A stretch of DNA of 64,000 nt, taken from contig OZ242320.1 of the NCBI GenBank assembly GCA_965208125.1, positions 3,424,001 to 3,488,000 of the forward strand, read 5' to 3'. Both the position numbers and the translations under genes were made by a program. This DNA is from Candidatus Latescibacterota bacterium. GTDB lineage: Bacteria; Latescibacterota; UBA2968. Positions 60,406 through 64,000 of this stretch are shown piece by piece (positions within the stretch are counted from its first letter, which is position 1; each line of letters starts with the position of its first letter). Under the pieces are notes generated by a model. That model was given only the letters and a program-made list of their open reading frames with translations, was not told the DNA's origin and searched no databases.

Positions 60406-61419
60406 TCAACTCCCATTACATTTCACCAGTCGTTTGCCAATATTATCACCTCGCAGCATGCCGATGAATGCCTGGGGTGCGTTTTCCAATCCTTCGACAA
60501 TATCTTCCCGGTAATTGAGCCGACCTTCCTTTAGCCAAGCCGACATCTGCTGTAATCCCTCGGCGTGTTGATCTGCGAAATCGCCCACCAGGAATCCCTG
60601 CATGTGCAACCGCTTGCCAATAAAGCCACTCATCATCCGGGGGCCCATTTCCGGTTCGATGAGGTTGTATTGTGAGATTTGTCCGCAAACGGAAATTCGA
60701 CCCCACATGTTCATGAGGGAAAAAACCGCATCGGTAATGCTTCCGCCCACGTTGTCGAAGTACACATCTACACCATTGGGGCATAAGCGTTGCAATGCGG
60801 CGCGGTAGTCCGCTGTGGTTTTGTAATTGAATGCGCCATCAAAACCCAGACCGTCAATGGCATAGTTCACTTTTTCATCGCTGCCAGCTATGCCAATGGC
60901 GCGGCATCCTTTGATTTTTGCAATTTGCCCGACCAGCGATCCCACGGCACCGGCGGCTGCCGAAACCACGACGGTCTCATCGGCTTTGGGTTTGCCGACT
61001 TTCAGTAAGCCAAAATAGGCTGTCAATCCCGGCATGCCGAGAATGCCGAGTGCGGTTGAAACGGGTCCCAGTGAAGGATCTATTTTTCGGAGGCCCTGTG
61101 CCGAAGAAACCGCGTAAGCCTGCCATCCGTGATCGGCCCAGACAATATCTCCGGGCTGAAACTCAGAGTGGTTGGATGCGATTACTTTGCTTACACTCCG
61201 CCCAATCATAACCGCACCAATTTCTACATTTGGTGCGTAGGATTTTCGATCATTGATGCGCCCGCGCATATAGGGGTCAACGGAGAGGTACTGCGTTTTC
61301 AAGAGCAGTTCCCCTTCGCCGGGGTCGGGGATGGGCGATTCCTCAATTGAGAAATCGGATGTTTTGGGATATCCGACTGGACGCGCTGCCAATCGAATTT
61401 GAATATTTTTCTCTGCCAT
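60406..61419 (-). CDS. NADP-dependent alkenal/double-bond reductase, paralog of 53704-54705
   Basis: Same motifs: 'SVDPYMRG', 'LGMPGLTAYFGL', 'CGQISQYN'. Confidence 0.95.
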   Translation of the reverse strand: MAEKNIQIRLAARPVGYPKTSDFSIEESPIPDPGEGELLLKTQYLSVDPYMRGRINDRKSYAPNVEIGAVMIGRSVSKVIASNHSEFQPGDIVWADHGWQAYAVSSAQGLRKIDPSLGPVSTALGILGMPGLTAYFGLLKVGKPKADETVVVSAAAGAVGSLVGQIAKIKGCRAIGIAGSDEKVNYAIDGLGFDGAFNYKTTADYRAALQRLCPNGVDVYFDNVGGSITDAVFSLMNMWGRISVCGQISQYNLIEPEMGPRMMSGFIGKRLHMQGFLVGDFADQHAEGLQQMSAWLKEGRLNYREDIVEGLENAPQAFIGMLRGDNIGKRLVKCNGS

Positions 61420-61457
61420 AGAAATAGTGCTCCTGATTTTTCGGTGGTTTGGATATC

Positions 61458-62486
61458 TCATTCTGCATAAACTGCTTCTCGTAAGCCCTTCAAATATCCG
61501 ACGGCAAATAGCCGCGCGATGCCGTGCTCGTCACCAAATTGCTCGTCTCCCATTTTGGGATAGTGGTCTGGGCGGCACACGCCGTCAAATTCGACGTCTC
61601 GATATGCGCGCAAACATTCGACGAGGTCCGTTTTGCCATCGTCGTGAAATGTTTCTTCAAATTTATCGGGTTGACCGACAACATCGCGGATGTGCAAGAA
61701 ATGGATTTTTTTCTGTTCGCCAAAGTGCCGGATGACCGAGGGCAAATCGTCTGTCATCAGTGTAAAATTGCCCTGGCAAAGCCCTATGCCATTCATCGGA
61801 CTCGGTACGAGGTCAACGAGTTTTTGGTAGTTTTCAACGCTGCTCATAATGCGCGCAATGCCGCGGATGGGCGATAGCGGTGGGTCGTCGGGATGCAGGG
61901 CCAGTTTGACATTGGCTTCTTCGGCCACGGGTACAATGCGCTCGAGAAAATACTTCAGATTGCCCCACTGTTGTTCCTCTGTCACGGTTCCCGAGGGATT
62001 CTCTTGCTGGGCTATTGGTACGCCGTCAATATTGTGTATGGGACGCTCGGCGGGATCGCCTTGCGATTCCAGTGCACTGAGATCAAATCCACTTACATGC
62101 GCGCCACCCCGCGATGAAATGGATCGGGATGTACGCATGACTCCCAGTATGGGCATCCACGCATAACACCACACGGGGATTTCGAGTTTGCCCATGTTTC
62201 GGAGCAGTTCACAGACTACCTCAATTTCCTCATCTCGTCCGGGCAATCCCAGTTTTATCTTTTCCATGGGTGGTCGCGATTCAATGACCTCAAAAGGTAT
62301 TCCGGCCGCTTCGTAAGCGGCTTTTGCTTTTGCCAGCGATGTGTAACTCCAGGGCTGTTCTTCTGGCTCTGCGTCCGGTTTTGGGCGCAGTGTTATGCCG
62401 CCAACTGCGCCTTCGACCCCGCATTGTTTCATGAGCGTCCATCGCTGACTGGCTTGTGGCGGTGCCAGGATAGCAATTCTCAACAT
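61458..62486 (-). CDS. uxuA: mannonate dehydratase
   Basis: 'VIES', 'CYAWMP', 'LHPDDPP', 'HIRD', 'RPDH', 'AVGYLKG'. Confidence 0.9.
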   Translation of the reverse strand: MLRIAILAPPQASQRWTLMKQCGVEGAVGGITLRPKPDAEPEEQPWSYTSLAKAKAAYEAAGIPFEVIESRPPMEKIKLGLPGRDEEIEVVCELLRNMGKLEIPVWCYAWMPILGVMRTSRSISSRGGAHVSGFDLSALESQGDPAERPIHNIDGVPIAQQENPSGTVTEEQQWGNLKYFLERIVPVAEEANVKLALHPDDPPLSPIRGIARIMSSVENYQKLVDLVPSPMNGIGLCQGNFTLMTDDLPSVIRHFGEQKKIHFLHIRDVVGQPDKFEETFHDDGKTDLVECLRAYRDVEFDGVCRPDHYPKMGDEQFGDEHGIARLFAVGYLKGLREAVYAE

Positions 62487-62676
62487 GACTATTTCCTTTC
62501 GTTGTTGGTGTTTTTGCCATTTTCATCGCTGCCCAATATATGCAGACCGGGTGCGATATGCCATAAAAAATCCATCGCCAGGAGCGTGCTCTAAATGGCT
62601 TTTGAGAAGCTGTGCTCTTGCATATATTAATAATGACAAAAGGCAATCACTATCTGGCATACAAGGAGGCTCTGCT

Positions 62677-63987
62677 ATGACCTGTAAACTGCTGGCGCAG
62701 TCATGCTCAATTTACTCGCCTTCATACCCCGCTTGGAAAATTCTCGCTGCCATCCTGTTGATCACACCACCTCTATTGGCTCAGGAGCAAGCTGAAAACC
62801 GCTTCCAGAGGGCGGCGGAGCGACATTTTGAGCGCAATGACGCAAATAAAGACGGCAAATTGTCGCGGGAGGAATTTCCCGAACAACGGCGCCGTCTGTT
62901 TGAGCGAATTGACACAGATAAAGATGGCTTTGTCACACTTGAAGAAGATACTTTTTATCGCAAGAGCGCACCGGATCGTTTTTTAGCACGCAATGACGCA
63001 AATAAAGACGGCAAATTGTCGCGGGAGGAATTTCCCGAACAACAGCGCCGCCGGTTTGAGCGAATTGACACAGATAAAGATGGCTTTGTCACGCTCGAAG
63101 AAGATATTCTTTTTCGCGATAATCAATGGAGGAATGCCGTGCAGGTTCCAGAAGGTGTAACTGTCCACCGAGATTTGATCTACGGACGGGTTGGGGAAAG
63201 AGAACTCCCCCTCGATCTCTATCTTCCGCCCGATACGTCATCCCCCGTGCCCGTGGTGATATGGGTTCACGGGGGGGCGTGGCGTGGGGGGGGCAAAGGC
63301 AATGGCGGACGGGCGCGCAATATGACCACACGCGGATTTGCCGTTGTTGCTGTGGAATATCGGCTCAGCGGCGAAGCCCTTTTTCCAGCGCAAATTGAAG
63401 ACTGCAAAACAGCCGTGCGATGGGTGAGAGCAAATGCAAAAAAATACAATCTCGATCCCGACCGTATCGGCGCGTGGGGCTCGTCTGCTGGGGGGCATCT
63501 CGTGGCGCTGATGGGTTTAACGCACGATGAAAATGTATTTGAGACGGATGATCACAGCCAATATTCGAGTCGGGTGCAGGTGGTATGCAACTGGTTTGGG
63601 CCTACAGATTTTTTGCGTATGAATGATTTTGAGGGTCGAATTGATCACGACGCAGCCGATTCGCCCGAGTCCGAATTAATTGGTGGTCCTATCCAGGAAA
63701 ATAAGGAGAAAGTCGCTGCGGCCAATCCCATTACTTATGTCAGCAAGAACGATCCGCCCATGCTCATCATGCACGGGGAAAAAGATCGGGCAGTTCCCTA
63801 TAATCAGAGCGAATTGCTCTATGCCGCAATGCAAAAAGCGGGATTGGATGTCACGCTTTATAAGGTCGTCAATGCCGGTCACGGCTTTGGCAATGCCACG
63901 CAAGATAACCAGGCATCGCTGTTTGAAATGTCCGCTCAATTTTTAGAAAAGCATCTTAAACCCCAAACGGATGCCGCATCACCATAA
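62677..63987 (+). CDS. secreted alpha/beta hydrolase with four N-terminal EF-hand motifs
   Basis: AAGGAGG RBS before ATG 62677; signal peptide; DANKDGKLSREE and DTDKDGFVTLEE twice each; HGGAW, GSSAG, 'HGEKD', 'GHG'. Confidence 0.92.
   Translation: MTCKLLAQSCSIYSPSYPAWKILAAILLITPPLLAQEQAENRFQRAAERHFERNDANKDGKLSREEFPEQRRRLFERIDTDKDGFVTLEEDTFYRKSAPDRFLARNDANKDGKLSREEFPEQQRRRFERIDTDKDGFVTLEEDILFRDNQWRNAVQVPEGVTVHRDLIYGRVGERELPLDLYLPPDTSSPVPVVIWVHGGAWRGGGKGNGGRARNMTTRGFAVVAVEYRLSGEALFPAQIEDCKTAVRWVRANAKKYNLDPDRIGAWGSSAGGHLVALMGLTHDENVFETDDHSQYSSRVQVVCNWFGPTDFLRMNDFEGRIDHDAADSPESELIGGPIQENKEKVAAANPITYVSKNDPPMLIMHGEKDRAVPYNQSELLYAAMQKAGLDVTLYKVVNAGHGFGNATQDNQASLFEMSAQFLEKHLKPQTDAASP
62833..63106 (+). 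repeat. intragenic tandem duplication of an EF-hand pair (118 bp, period 156)
   Basis: 62833-62950 and 62989-63106 are near-identical at DNA level. Confidence 0.9.
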
Positions 63988-64000
63988 AAGTATAATGTGA

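Noticed and set aside
62485-62676. Longer starts given in the ORF track (also 45867-46745, 49888-51471, 48529, 60406-61461)
   Set aside because: The extensions overlap neighbouring genes or promoters; downstream ATGs have good RBSs and match family N-termini
1-64000. CRISPR array, rRNA/tRNA genes, prophage or intact IS
   Set aside because: No regularly spaced repeats, RNA-gene signatures, phage structural genes or transposase motifs were seen by eye

Overview
A gene-dense bacterial chromosome segment; translation table 11 fits, and TGA is a normal stop in many genes. No rRNA, tRNA, CRISPR array, transposase or integrase was recognised. Positions 1-6900 are an AT-richer, defence-type island: a 5'-truncated SPPY-type (N4-C/N6-A) DNA methyltransferase, two paralogous small PD-(D/E)XK endonucleases, then a 515-aa unknown protein coupled to a 922-aa phospholipase-D-fold protein. 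That pair is bracketed by ~93-bp direct repeats derived from a small antitoxin-like gene. The rest is core and metabolic: gltBD, a ferredoxin, a sulfite/nitrite reductase, moaA, smc, rraA, tonB and uxuA. It also holds many sulfatases, PhyH/JmjC dioxygenases, aldo-keto reductases, enolase-superfamily enzymes and Na+/solute symporters, a repertoire reminiscent of Latescibacterota/Poribacteria-like lineages (inference only). The strongest finding is an AbgB/M20D-type amidohydrolase (34846-36174) whose conserved metal-binding Cys in GHGCGHN is encoded by an in-frame TGA followed by a SECIS-like hairpin, making it a candidate non-redox selenoenzyme. Other notable signals are tandem NrdR-like boxes over the smc promoter, a ~120-nt double-hairpin element with a partial copy inside another gene's signal-peptide region, and an in-frame duplicated alternative C-terminus behind tonB. 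All calls come from reading motifs by eye; no database searches were run.
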